Origin: Octopus bimaculoides | Taxonomy: Eukaryota | Reading direction: 5' to 3' | Length of the DNA stretch: 64,000 nucleotides | Assembly (NCBI RefSeq): GCF_001194135.2 | Contig: NC_068986.1 | Coordinates: 96,522,003 to 96,586,002 of the forward strand | Part shown: positions 1 to 12,232 of the stretch, in pieces | Layout: each line of letters opens with the position of its first letter | Position numbering within the stretch: position 1 is the stretch's first letter | Program-made: the position numbers and the translations under genes | The notes under the pieces: model-generated | Told to the model about the DNA's origin: nothing | The model's input: the letters and a program-made list of their open reading frames with translations, nothing else | Database searches by the model: none

Positions 1-136
1 CAAATCCACTCATAAGGCTTTGGTCAGCCCAAGGCTATAGTAGAAGACACTTGCCCAAGGTACCACACAGTGGGACTGAACCCAGAACCATGTGGTTGAT
101 AAGCAAGCTACTTACCACACAGCCACGCCTGCACCT
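1..136 (-). mobile_element. tRNA-headed SINE family S1, 5' head (truncated by window edge)
   Basis: Reverse complement reads ggcgtggctgtgtggtaag (A-box-like) ... ggttcagtccc (B-box-like) ... ccttgggcaagtgtcttct; same family recurs at 34250, 35120, 39522, 42110, 58095, 62400. Confidence 0.85.
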
Positions 137-384
137 ATTATATATATAATAAATAAATTATATATTATGCACTTTATTGTGTTTTGTTATGCCTGTGGTT
201 TCCCAGTCCATGAAAAATTTGTCTTGCATGAAACCAGTCTGTGGTGCAAAAGGATTGGGGATTACTAACCTGTGGCATTGTGACATAATCTTTGATGCTA
301 TGATTGATATTGGTCACATCATCCCTACTTTATATCTGACATTAGTGCCATTACCTTGATAGGTTGAGATGTCTCTTAAGTTGA

Positions 385-618
385 TAGTTTTGTTTAACCC
401 CAGGTCAACCCTAACTGAACACACACATGATCAAATGTGTCATAGACAGAACCATACTGTCCTTAAAAGCATTGCATTTTTAAAAGACTATTATATCTTA
501 AGATTATATCGCATTTTTAAGGCATATGTCATCCTCATTTTAAAAAATGGGTAGGTGTAATGAAAAAAAAAAATCGACAGCTATTTCTGCCACATCAAGT
601 GACCACGTGGAGACTCTC
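385..618 (-). mobile_element. Unclassified short repeat family H (structured head, (AAC)n tail)
   Basis: gtttaaccccaggtcaaccct...gctatttctgcc...gtgaccacgtggagactctctc; matches more than 20 other copies in the window. Confidence 0.7.
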
Positions 619-1394
619 TCATCTTTATCAAAATTGTTCATAGTGTCTATTTCCTGTTCTTCTATTGCTAAATAACCTTCTCCCTTTTAGAGAAGTTATC
701 ATCTACTGTGATATATATTTATGATATTCTTCTCATACCTGCTTTTTTGGCTCGTAAGTTCAATAACCAGGCCTGCTAGGTAATAATGACTGTATTGTGC
801 AGCAGATCAATATGGCATCATACAAATGCTGTATAGACTTTTATTAGTCTCGTGACTTGTTATTGTTTGAGTTTAGTCAATATTGTTGTTGATGTGAAAT
901 TTACTAGTAGCCAGTAAGTGGTTTCTATTTTCTTCAAGTCTGATGCTTGTGTACATTTCTCTCCTTTTCTTTCTCTCTCCTTTTTTTCCCTTTCTCCTTC
1001 TCTCTAAGTGTCCAATGAGGTACGTTACCCTCTATGAAATGTTGGCATCATTGCTGACACACAGACACATTCAAGCAATTAACTGTTTGATCTAATTTTC
1101 CTTGTCACATACATCATTTGTGCACTCTTTATAGACTCACACACACATGCACATACACACACACACACATCCAAACACATACACACTCAATAAATGTATT
1201 TCCATTGATTTCAACTACAAATATTATATTCGGTTGTTCAATCAACCCTCCCATTGAATTAGCATGTAAATGGCTGAGTATTCCTTAATGTTATCCTCAA
1301 GTAGAATAGATGTGAAACAGTGTGTAACATAGTCATATCTTTGAATTATAGTACAATCCATTCCTTTGAATTACATACAGCACAGTCCATTCAG

Positions 1395-1582
1395 TTAGCT
1401 TTCATGCTGTTTTCATCTGCAACACATGAATATGCATGTAAGAGTTCCCATGGACAGCCAGTCTTAAGCTCTTCTGTGATGGCTTGTTGGACTGTGATGA
1501 ATAGGAGGGGACTGAGGACAGAACCTTGATGAACTTTTTTCCTTACACTAAATTCATCACTGAAATTGTTATTGACTCTCAC
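1395..1582 (-). mobile_element. RTE-clade LINE reverse transcriptase fragment, decayed
   Basis: Translates VRVNNNFSDEFSVRKKVHQGSVLSPLLF..AITEELKTGCPWELLHA, matching the RTE GVHQGSVLSPLLF...PWELLYADD motif with YADD degenerate. Confidence 0.9.
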
Positions 1583-1843
1583 TTTATTTATAATTTATTT
1601 ATTTATAATTTCAATACGAAGCAAATAATGCAGGAGAAAAATATTTGTGAAGATATCATTGACTCTATTATTATCTTGATACCTTCGCAAATATTTTTCT
1701 CCTGAATTATTTGCTCCATATTGAAATTATTTTCACATTGGTGGCTGCCATGATTTGGCACAAAATGAATCAGTTATGCAAAATGAATCATGACTACCAC
1801 TATCACCTCCACCATGATGGGTTGGGGCTCTCTATCATGGTAA

Positions 1844-1896
1844 CGCGTGCTGAGGAAGGTGAGGCTGTAATGCCAGTTCAGAAACCGGTCCACGTG
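1844..1896 (+). ncRNA. Type I hammerhead ribozyme motif
   Basis: Stem I CGCGUG/CACGUG (6 bp, one GU); core CUGAGGA; stem II UGAGGCUG/CAGUUCA (bulged); GAA; palindromic stem III ACCGGU; GUC site at 1888-1890. Confidence 0.72.
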
Positions 1897-2341
1897 AGTC
1901 CAAATACTTGAATGTATGCTGAGAGATTGTCTTAGCCCGTTTGCCTTCAGACGGTTGATTTCTTTAGTTATCAGTGTATTTTGGTGATTTAAATATGAGT
2001 TTTGACTGTTATTTCCAGCAGGTAGACATACTTAGTATGTCCTTAGATTAATTTTAATCATTCAGCTATATATATATATATATATNNNNNNNNNNNNNNN
2101 NNNNNNNNNNNNNNNNNNNNNNNNNNNNNNNNNNNNNNNNNNNNNNNNNNNNNNNNNNNNNNNNNNNNNNNNNNNNNNNNNNNNNNNNNNNNNNNNNNNN
2201 NNNNNNNNNNNNNNNNNNNNNNNNNNNNNNNNNNNNNNNNNNNNNNNNNNNNNNNNNNNNNNNNNNNNNNNNNNNNNNNNNNNNNNNNNNNNNNNNNNNN
2301 NNNNNNNNNNNNNNNNNNNNNNNNNNNNNNNNNNNNNNNNN

Positions 2342-2404
<63 letters not shown>

Positions 2405-2637
2405 AATGCTATATGTATATAATATTTCCCGTGTGTATAGTTATGTGTACAACTGCTGCTGGTGAATTTTCAGCCCCATGTAGATTATCATTGTCCAGTC
2501 TACTGTAATAAAGTGTTTCCTTGAAGAACTGTTGTAGCTCTGTATCCAATTGCACTATGAACACCCACTGCAGAGGATACAATAGCCACAATAGCAGAAC
2601 ATGCATAAAGAACAAACGGTATGAATTGCACCACGTG

Positions 2638-2671
<34 letters not shown>

Positions 2672-2984
2672 AGTGTGTGTGTATGCATACACACACATTC
2701 TTTTAATATGGTTAGCCTCTTTATAACTAAGTATAGACAGATTAGAAGCAGTGTATGTAGATGGTTGGTAAACAATTTCAGATGAAAGAGTTCTTGTTTA
2801 GAGGTGTTGAGGCAGTAATACAGAGATAGTGACAGGCTAACAGACAAATAGCTCTTATGTTAGTTTGGTTTATCAGGGGTGAATAAGGGGACCTTCCATG
2901 TCTAACAAGGCATTGATAATTACAGTCTTTAGGTGCTCTCTTTCTCCTGTACACTGGGTAAAGTGGTTTGTGAAACATCACCAT

Positions 2985-3205
2985 CTCTACCAATACTGCA
3001 CAGTCATTATTATCATGACTACCACTATCACCTCCACCAATACACAGCTGCTGTCACCGCCACCACCACCACCACCGCTACCACTACTACCACCACCACT
3101 GCTACCACCGCTGCCACCACCACCATGTTCACTACCAGCATCACAATCACATCTACCATCTTAAGAATCCAGGTTACAACCTCCTCTGCCACCATCACCA
3201 CTGTG

Positions 3206-3239
<34 letters not shown>

Positions 3240-3240
3240 G
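2985..3240. repeat. Degenerate (CAC/CAT)n trinucleotide tract
   Basis: Runs of accacc and catcat; source of poly-T/P/S/H pseudo-ORFs. Confidence 0.95.
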
Positions 3241-3629
3241 AGAACTTGCAACAAAACATCCATTCATTATTTGAACTAACTTATCTGCACCTCCCCCCAC
3301 ATCCCCTCTATTGTTTCCTCACTCACTCCACATCCTCCCTACTAGTTATCTCCCTCTCCTCCCCCTCTGTCAACCAAATCTTCCAGTAAAAAGGGCTCTT
3401 TGTTATACATGATAGTGTGGGAATTAGAACTCCCTCCTATTCTTTTTCCCTCTTTTTCCTCTTTATTTCTGCTTTTTCTTTTCTCCCTCTTTCTCTCTCT
3501 TGCTCTGTCTTTCTGTTTTCTTTCATCTCCTTCGTTCACTCTTTTCTCCTCACTCTAGCTTTATTTCACTTCCTTTATCTTCTTGGCTCTCTCCCTATCA
3601 TTGTCATCATCATCATCATCACATACAAG

Positions 3630-3750
3630 GCAATATTGAGTTATATGGTCATTCAACCTGCTAGAAATAGAACTCAAATCTCCTTCAAATCATATCGTAC
3701 AATCTTTAAAAAAGATGAATATTGGATAAAAAAAAAAAGGGATGTAATTT
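3630..3750 (+). mobile_element. Family H head, opposite orientation
   Basis: atggtcattcaacctgctagaaatagaactcaaatctccttcaaatc. Confidence 0.7.
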
Positions 3751-4699
3751 TTTTCATTCACAAAATATGTATTTTTTAAAAGTAAGTAAAATATCTGAAA
3801 ATCGGCTATAATAATGTAGAGCAAAATTAAAGGGGGCTCATTTTGCGAATGAAAAAGACTAGATCCAAGAAAAGGGTGGGAAAATAGAGACTGAATAATC
3901 TTGAACTTGATCAATGCTAACTTGGGCTAAGCAACAATAACATTCATTATCGCTACTATCATGTCTCTAAACACCACCACTACTTCCTCTGCCATCATTA
4001 ACTCACTTGTTTGTCCCTTTTTTTTACTCACACTCTACACCACTACCACCACCACCACCACCACCACCACCACCATCACAGCTACCAACATATACCTTCC
4101 CCAATAACAACATAGCCCCCACCATCACTACCCCACCTCCACCAATACAATCACTATTACTTCACCAAGCCTGTTATAAAACGACCTGTAATTATTTCTG
4201 GCTATCACTAACTCCCAGGGGATAATGTGAATGGGTGGTTTAGGGAAATGCCTTTTTTAATTTCTCACCAGCAATTTGGGTTAAGAAGTTTGGGTGGCTG
4301 GTTTGACGGTGGGGGTAGATCGACCTTTTTGTTCATTTATTAGTTATTTGATAGGATGTTGGGGGTGATGGGGTCAGAAATGTAGAGACAGAAGTGGGAG
4401 GTCAGGTTAGAGCAATTTTCCAGGTAAATTGAAACAATTTTATCTTCTGTCTTCTCTTTCTCTTTTCTTCTTCATTGACCTCTTCTCTGCTTTCTTCTCT
4501 CCCACCATTTCCTGATATGAAAACCAAAAAAAATTGACTTCCAGGTGGTGGAGTAAAGAAGTGGTGGCAGTGGAAAGGGCAGGTTGTATGTAAATAAATG
4601 CGCATGCACACATACACACACATATGTATATGTGTGTGTGTGTGTGTATGTGTGTGTATATATATATATATATGTGTTTGTGTGGGTGTATTCATATTT

Positions 4700-4860
4700 T
4701 GAGTGAACTTTTATTGCCTCTATTGGTGACAAAGAGTTTCTCTGTCTGCACTGAAGTTAGACTGCATGGAACATGTCTAAGAAATATGGTGCCACATGAT
4801 GGTGACAAATGGGGCATTGAATGGGGGGAAAGTCTGCAGAGGATTGAGAGATGTGAGTTC
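4700..4860 (+). mobile_element. Highly decayed RTE ORF fragment
   Basis: ELLLPLLVTKSFSVCTEVRLHGTCLRNMVPHDGDKW..LQRIERCE resembles the RTE LLPLL.TK.LS...GRLYDACVR..MLHGSETW..LERNE segment. Confidence 0.55.
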
Positions 4861-4869
4861 AGTAAAATC

Positions 4870-4960
4870 TGGTTAGGATATTTAGCTCAAATCATAAAGT
4901 CTTGAGTTCGATTCCTTGTGGTATATTTTGTCCTTGAGCAAGACACTTTATTTCATCTGG
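4870..4960 (+). mobile_element. tRNA-headed SINE (S3) with CORE-like block, fragment
   Basis: gagttcgattcc B-box followed by gtccttgagcaagacactttatttca. Confidence 0.65.
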
Positions 4961-5804
4961 GCTTCTAGATTCTGGGCTTCACAGATGAGATGTCACAGAA
5001 AATGATATGCAACACCTCCTTCCAGATAATAATTGCGTAACACACATTGAGAATGGTTACACAACATCCTTCCTTCTTTAGGCCTTCAATTTTGACGGTG
5101 TAGTGGGGCACTGTCATGACATACATAACTTGAGCACAGTATGTGATAAGCTTGTTATATTAATAAGAGTAATGAAATTATGAATAACACATTTTTCAAA
5201 ATGCTCAAATATTGAAAATAGGTTTTCTAAAACCTTAAATTATACTTTTAAAAATCTACAACTCACCTAGACACTCCTTGTGTTGCTAACTTGAGAACTG
5301 TGTTGCATACCTGGGGTTATATCTGCCCAAAATATTTCAGAGTAAAGTTAAATACACATAGATAAATGTCTTCCACTTCTCACCACTCTTAGTGATCTCG
5401 GTCCTGCACTAAACATAACACCCAGTACCTTTTCCCTAGAACAGAATCTTCTCTTTGCTCATGCCTTGTATTTGTTGACCTGCTACAGTTTAAATGGAAC
5501 ATTAATTGTATCAAGCTCACTGGTCACAAAGGTCCTGCAAAACTTCAAGGCAATGCCTCGGCCTTTAGACTTAACAAGTGAAAAAGAAAAGCTAGTACAC
5601 TGGTTGATGTAGAAGTCTTTTAATGCTCCTTGCATTAATTATTGTAATACTTACTTTTGCATATATTCTTATATAGAAGGTATCTCATATTATTTCTTGA
5701 GAGATGCTACACAGATCAAGAGTAGATAGATTCACCACTCAACTGCTCAGTGCCATAGTAGCAGATGTTAAACATTGACCTTAACATTTTTGGGGGACCC
5801 TTGA

Positions 5805-5995
5805 GACATGTTATTACTGTTTAACTTTAAAAAACAACCCTGAATGAATAGATCTATGGTCAAAAAGATGTCGTCTGCTTTTAAACATCCTGTCTTTTTA
5901 TAGTATTTATATGTTGTTCCTCTTTTGAAGATCGTACAGTGTGACTAGGAAAGCAGGTCAAGTGACCACATAAAGGCTTCCTCATTGTCTTGTAG
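5805..5995 (-). mobile_element. Family H copy
   Basis: ...gcaggtcaagtgaccacataaaggcttcctcattg. Confidence 0.6.
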
Positions 5996-6488
5996 AAAGG
6001 TGTTTTTGATTGTCATAGCTTTGACCTTCCTACAAAAAGAGTCTGGGAAAGTTAACTGTGATAGACTGGCGTCTTATCCATGAGAGTGGGTGAACTTATC
6101 TCCCATCTGTTTATAACTTACAGTGGCTGAGTACTTATTCTTCAGCTGAATGAATGCCAATATCATACTGCTATATATTTTGTCAACTAAACAAAAGACT
6201 GAAGAGCTGTGCAGTGGACCCCTGTTCTACTAAAAGTGGGGTTTCCATGCGGAAATGTGGCACTTAGCTAACTTGCTACTGTTTGCACCAGAAAATACCA
6301 CAACCATTCATGCTTCCTGGTCTGCCTTACTCTGCTTCAGTAGCTTCAAGACATACACACACTCGCTCACACAGATATATATACACATTGATGTATATGC
6401 ACTTCAATGTATGTGTGTAGATAGGTAGATGCATTTATGCACATGAGCAAACTATATGTCCAGACGTATGCCCATACATGTATGCACG

Positions 6489-6522
<34 letters not shown>

Positions 6523-6572
6523 GTTGTTGCTTGAAAGTGAGTATGATTTGGCAGTATGTACCATACTTTCGT

Positions 6573-6951
6573 GGAGGCGCAATGGCCCAGTGGTTAGGGC
6601 AGTGGACTTGCGGTCATAGGATCACGGTTTCGATTCCCAGACCGGGCATTGTGAGTGTTTATTGAGCGAAAACACCTAATGCTCCATGAGGCTCCGGCAG
6701 GGAATGGTGGCGAACCCTGCTGTACTCTTCCACCACAACTTTCTCTCACTCTTACTTCCTGTTTCTGTTGTGCCTGTAATTCAAAGGGTCAGCCTTGTCA
6801 CACTGTGTCACGCTGAATATCCCCGAGAACTATGTTAAGGGTACACGTGTCTGTGGAGTGCTCAGCCACTTGCACATTAATTTCACGAGCAGGCTGTTCC
6901 GTTGATCGGATCAACTGGAACCCTCGACGTCGTAAGCGACAGAGTGCCAAC
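6573..6951 (+). mobile_element. Full-length tRNA-derived SINE (S2) with 11-bp target-site duplication
   Basis: A-box tggcccagtggttag, B-box ggtttcgattccc; TSD accatactttc at 6560-6570 and 6952-6962; CpGs largely retained, so young. Confidence 0.92.
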
Positions 6952-7089
6952 ACCATACTTTCACTGGTTGTTATAGGGATATAGGTAGTTGCAAGTGGAC
7001 ATAAACTCCTCCTCAGACTTCCCTCCCATGGCCCAGAGGAACATCCAGGATGTAACAGCTGGAGAGAGAGAGAAGAATGGGTGGCTGTG

Positions 7090-7175
7090 TCAGCCCTAGC
7101 TGGCACTTGTTTTCAGCTGAGTTGACTGGAGCTTAGTGAAATAAAATACCTTGCTCAAGAATACAGCACACTGCT
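7090..7175 (-). mobile_element. S3 CORE-like SINE fragment
   Basis: cagctgagttgactggagcttagtgaaataaaataccttgctcaaga is the reverse complement of the block at 16960-17010. Confidence 0.65.
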
Positions 7176-7384
7176 AAGAATGGTCTTCTGGTTCATATAA
7201 AAGATATGAGCAAAAGATGTCAACGAATTCACATCTTCCCACTTGAGCTTAATATTGTCATTGCAAATATATTGAGTTCTAACAACTGGGTATTGGTTTT
7301 GCTACGTCAAAGTGGACTTATGAAATGTATAAATGCGTATGTGTACATACGTGTGTCTGTGTGAGAATATATATATATATATAT

Positions 7385-7520
7385 TGGCATTAGGAGGGGC
7401 ATCCAGCTGTATAAATCATGCCAAAACACACGGGACCTGGGCTGGGGAGCTGGCCAGCTCCATATCAAACCATCTAACTCATGCCAGCATGGAAAACAAA
7501 TGTTAAATGATGATGATGAT
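7385..7520 (+). mobile_element. Old RTE 3' UTR tail
   Basis: ggcattaggaggggcatccagctgt...catgccagcatggaaaacaaatgttaaatgatgatgatgat. Confidence 0.8.
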
Positions 7521-7563
7521 ATATATATTTATATATAAATGTATATGTGTGTATATATATATG

Positions 7564-8426
7564 TCATCATCATCATCGTTTAACGTCCGCTTTCCATGCT
7601 AGCATGGGTTGGACGATTTGACTGAGGACTGGTGAAACCGGATGGCAACACCAGGCTCCAGTTTGATTTGGCAGAGTTTCTACAGCTGGATGCCCTTCCT
7701 AACGCCAACCACTCAGAGAGTGTAGTGGGTGCTTTTACGTGTCACCCGCACGAAAACGGCCACGCTCGAAATGGTGTCTTTTATGTGCCANNNNNNNNNN
7801 NNNNNNNNNNNNNNNNNNNNNNNNNNNNNNNNNNNNNNNNNNNNNNNNNNNNNNNNNNNNNNNNNNNNNNNNNNNNNNNNNNNNNNNNNNNNNNNNNNNN
7901 NNNNNNNNNNNNNNNNNNNNNNNNNNNNNNNNNNNNNNNNNNNNNNNNNNNNNNNNNNNNNNNNNNNNNNNNNNNNNNNNNNNNNNNNNNNNNNNNNNNN
8001 NNNNNNNNNNNNNNNNNNNNNNNNNNNNNNNNNNNNNNNNNNNNNNNNNNNNNNNNNNNNNNNNNNNNNNNNNNNNNNNNNNNNNNNNNNNNNNNNNNNN
8101 NNNNNNNNNNNNNNNNNNNNNNNNNNCTTCTCACGCACAGCCCATTTCCAAAGGTCTCGGTCCGTAGTCATCGCCTCGGTGAGGCCCAATGTACGAAGGT
8201 CTTGCCTCACCACCTCAGCCCAGGTCTTCCTGGGCCTACCTCTTCCACGGGTTCCCTCAACTGTTAGGGTGTGGCACTTTTTCACGCAGCTATCCTCCTC
8301 CATTCTCACCACATGTCCATACCAGCGCAATCGTCTCTCTTGCACGCCACAACTGATGCTTCTAATGTTCAGCTTTTCTCTCAAGATACTTACACTCTGA
8401 CGGGTATTCACATTGACATTACACAT
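7564..8426 (-). mobile_element. RTE-clade LINE 3' end (ORF C-terminus, gap, 3' UTR, (GAT)n tail)
   Basis: 8127-8426 encodes LREKLNIRSISCGVQERRLRWYGHVVRMEEDSCVKKC...GRGRPRKTWAEVVRQDL, open with no stops; UTR and tail at 7564-7790. Confidence 0.95.
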
Positions 8427-9034
8427 CCAATATATATAAAGTAATAATTTTTTTATCTATCTATATGTGGAGAAAAGGAGAGAGAGGGAGAAAGAGACAG
8501 ATACTTGCACACAATTAAGCAGGATCGTATGACTAAATGTTTATACACATGCGTACATTTTCACATTCATCTCTACATACATAATTAAGTAAGTAAATGG
8601 ATAGCCATAGTTTCAACAATGAGTATTCCATCTGTTCAATCAACTGAACTACCTCATCTTTGAATTATAGTGTAAATGGCTGAATGTGCCACAAACATTT
8701 GTTCCCTCAGCCCTTTTGATACCAAACCACTTGAGATTGTGCTTGGTTCTATGATACATACTCCCGCTTTTAAAGTGGCTTGAATTAAAACTTTCCATCA
8801 AAATTTCATGTTATGCTCCCAACAACAGACTGATAATGACTTTATTACTTCACTAAATCTTCATTAGTTTTAAAATTAGAGATGAAATATTGAATTTCTA
8901 TAGGAATATGGTATGAGCAGGGTTAATATAATCCTTCCTGAGGCAAAGTCAATGTAAGAGTGTGTGTTCCAAAGCCGGCCCTTTTAATTGCACGTACAAT
9001 CCACCTGATGAGTTTCCTTTGTTTTATCTATCCA

Positions 9035-9150
9035 ATTTCACTTACGAAGCTTGGGTCAAACCAAGTCAATGAGAAAGTGCACTTGCCCAAGATGTCATGC
9101 AGTGAAATTGAAATTGAGACCTCATGATTACAAAGCAAACATCTTTATCA
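9035..9150 (-). mobile_element. Degenerate S1 SINE head
   Basis: gcttgggtcaaaccaagtc...acttgcccaagatgtcatgcagtgaaattgaa. Confidence 0.55.
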
Positions 9151-9489
9151 CCCATCCATGTCTGTGTATACATTACATACTTAGTACACACATGCATGCA
9201 CACATTCATACACAGTTATATATAGATATATACACATATATACACTTGAATATTTATAAAAGCATTACCTAACGGAAACCACACCTAAGTATAAGATGGC
9301 AGGACAGGAAGGTGTATTCATGTATGTGTGTGTGTGTGTGTGTTGGGTAGGAAAATTTGGTGTATGTATGTTTGGTTTGATGATAGTAGTATTTTGGTAT
9401 ATACGTGAATGTGTTTGTTGTAAGGACGATGTGGTGGGTGAGTTCATAGTGTTGGTGGTTGTGGAAGTGGTATTATTGTTGTAGTTATT

Positions 9490-9700
9490 TATGTAGCTTC
9501 TAAGCCAGTCCTCATTGAGCAAATCTATGATGAAAGGCATTCCAATTGTGACCATCTAGTTTGTTTTTCTCTCTCGGTACAGTGTAACATGGACAACATC
9601 AACTGCTGTGTCACTTTTTAAGATGGGAAGATGTTATTTGAGTAAGATTAGAATGCTATTTCTAGCAGGTTCAGTGACCATGTAGAGGTTCCTTTGTTGG
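9490..9700 (-). mobile_element. Family H, near full length
   Basis: gagcaaatctatgatgaaaggcattccaattgtgaccatc...gctatttctagcaggttcagtgaccatgtagaggttcc. Confidence 0.75.
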
Positions 9701-10450
9701 CTTGTGGTGGTGGTGGTGGTATTGGTAATGGTAATGTAATAGTGGTGTTAGTTGTGTTGATGGTGCTGGTGTTGGTATTGGCACTGGTGATGTTGATGTT
9801 GATGATTGTGTTGTTTGCAATGATGGTTGTGTACTATTTGGAGGTAATTTTAGTGATGATGATGATGGTGGTGGTGGTGGTGGTGGTGGTGTTGGTTTGT
9901 CATTGGTTGCAGTGTTGATCGATGTTGGTGGTGGTGCTGTTGATATTTCTGATGTGGTGGTGGCATAGGTAGCTGTTGTTAGTAGTAGAAATGAGTGGTG
10001 TTAGTGGTACTGGTATTGACAGTTGTGGTGATGGTTGTGGTAGTAGTGGTGAGAGTAATGGTGGTAGTATGTGATGCTGAAGGTAATAGTGGTGATACAG
10101 TGTTGGTGCTGCTGTTGGTGGTGGTGGTGGTGGTGGTGGTAATAGTGAGTGGCGATGGTGATGTGGTACTTGTGGTTGTGTTGTTGGTAGTGATGTCAAT
10201 ACAGTGGTGGTGGTGATGATCGTCGTTGTCGTTGTGGTAGTGGCGGTGGTAATAGTGAGTGCTAATGACATTACGGTGGTGATGGTGGTGGTTGTATTGC
10301 TGGTAGTGGTAGTAAGGATGTTGTGTATTTAATGAATGTATTGTCATTGTAATTGTTGTTGTTGTTGTTGCTAGTAGTAGTAGTAGTGAAGTAAGTGGTA
10401 TTGTTGGTTCTGGTAGTAATTGTTGTTATTGGTAGTGGTGTTCATGGTGG
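9700..10450. repeat. Degenerate (GGT/GAT/GTT)n low-complexity tract
   Basis: 750 bp of imperfect trinucleotide repeats. Confidence 0.95.
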
Positions 10451-10619
10451 AGTTGGTGAGGTTGTTTCCTCTACATCTAGTTTGAAGTTTTCTCTCTTTC
10501 TCTTGTCATTGCCTTTGTTTGTCTTAGATGTGTGCAACTGTATGTAACAGCGGCAACATCAGCATGTTGCAATAGCTGCACTGAATTGCACTGATGTTTT
10601 GGCTAGATATATGCTTTGT

Positions 10620-10656
<37 letters not shown>

Positions 10657-10895
10657 TATATATTTGCAGTTCTCCATTCTTTGAATTCTTGAAACTGTCA
10701 GCTTTTGAAAAAAAAAGAGAGGGGGTGGTAGTGGTGGGAGTGAGGCAAAAGGGAAAGGTGGAGGAGAGAGAGGAAAAAACAAAAAAGTGAGCATGGGGAG
10801 AGAGAGAAAAGTAGCTTTCTTCTGATGAGAAATAAGAAAACGGAAGACATTAAGCAGTAAAAACAACAAGGATGCTGCTGCTCCTGATGTTGATG

Positions 10896-10933
<38 letters not shown>

Positions 10934-11143
10934 TCTAATAATAATGTTGGTGATTAATAATAAAAATGTGCACTTGTATACTGACAGATTAATTTTCTAG
11001 TTTGTTGGGGCTTATTTTGTATACAAAAAAAATGTATATTTTTTTCCTTTTTTTTGTCTTGCTTTCTTGTTCCATCACTTCCATCTCCTCCTTCATCACC
11101 ATCCAATAATCATTATCACCCATTGCACCACCACCACCACTAC

Positions 11144-11196
<53 letters not shown>

Positions 11197-12157
11197 CCAC
11201 TATCATATTTATGAAAAAATTATTATCCTCCTTACTGTAGTCACTAGTGCCACTGCTTTCACTGGTGTGGTGACGGTGGTGATGACGGTGTAGATGATAA
11301 TGACGGTGGTAATGATGATGATAATGACGGTGGTGATGGTAATGGAATGGGTGAGGATAGTGTGCCTTGACAGAATTTCAACTGAAGTACATGAAATACT
11401 GAACTAAATATACTGTAAAGCAAACTAACCAAATATCTACAGCATGTGTTGCTTCTACTGACACTATTACCCTCACAAGTTAATTACTAACTCAAGTTAG
11501 GTTATAGTAATCCCTTCAAATAACATCAAGGTTCAGCCATTCAAGTAGGGTTAGCACTTATTTGTGAGGGACTTCTTGTCTCTTACCTTTACTTTAGGCT
11601 CATTATTTTCTTGTTTATTTTTCTTTTTTTATTGTCATTTCTGATTGTTTCTTAACACCCTCTAAACACCAGCTGCCCTCTGTCACCATGTGACAGTGGG
11701 ATAGAACAGCTGCTCATAACTTCTGTGCTGGGGGCACTGATAATGAGCCGATTTCATTTATCTTTGGCTAACCTTGGTTCTAGGAACATTGATGGCAGCA
11801 GCCATTGTCTTCACTTTACTGTTGTCACCATTTCTGCTGTTGTTTGTTTTCCTCTCTTTTTTAAATTTTTATTTTTAAATGCCTTTTCTCTGCTGCAGCA
11901 AATGAACTCACCCAACCTTTGCAACAATGCAACTACTCTGCGCCTCCATCTGGTCAACTCCTCTTAGCTCCCTCCCTTGATGGACTATAAACTCCAGGAT
12001 AGTCTTGAGACCTTTGGACAGTAGTCAGAACCTCGAGGTCCATGCAGGCCACCACATGTTGCAAGTCACCTCCACACTCACCATCTGCCTATTCTGAACA
12101 CTACATAGATGAGGATAGGCTGTCAATATCAGTACCAATACATCTCCCTTTACCTTG

Positions 12158-12232
<75 letters not shown>

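Noticed and set aside
2440-2640. Cys-rich reading LKNCCSSVSNC...CIKNKR before gtatga
   Set aside because: In-frame stops lie immediately upstream, there is no usable acceptor, and other frames are closed.
3659-3670. GCTAGAAATAG resembling the engineered sgRNA tetraloop
   Set aside because: It is a short GAAA-capped hairpin within family H; no other scaffold sequence is present, so the match is coincidental.
6573-6650. tRNA gene
   Set aside because: The acceptor stem does not close, and the sequence continues into a 300-bp SINE body bounded by a TSD.
7622-7645. ctgaggactggtgaaaccggat as a hammerhead in RTE tails (also 41828)
   Set aside because: There is no stem II between the core halves, no pairing stem I, and it lies antisense to the element.
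11880-12130. GC-richer unique island after a good acceptor (ttctctgctgcag)
   Set aside because: All frames close within about 30 codons with no recognisable protein and no matching donor; it could be UTR but this is unsupported.
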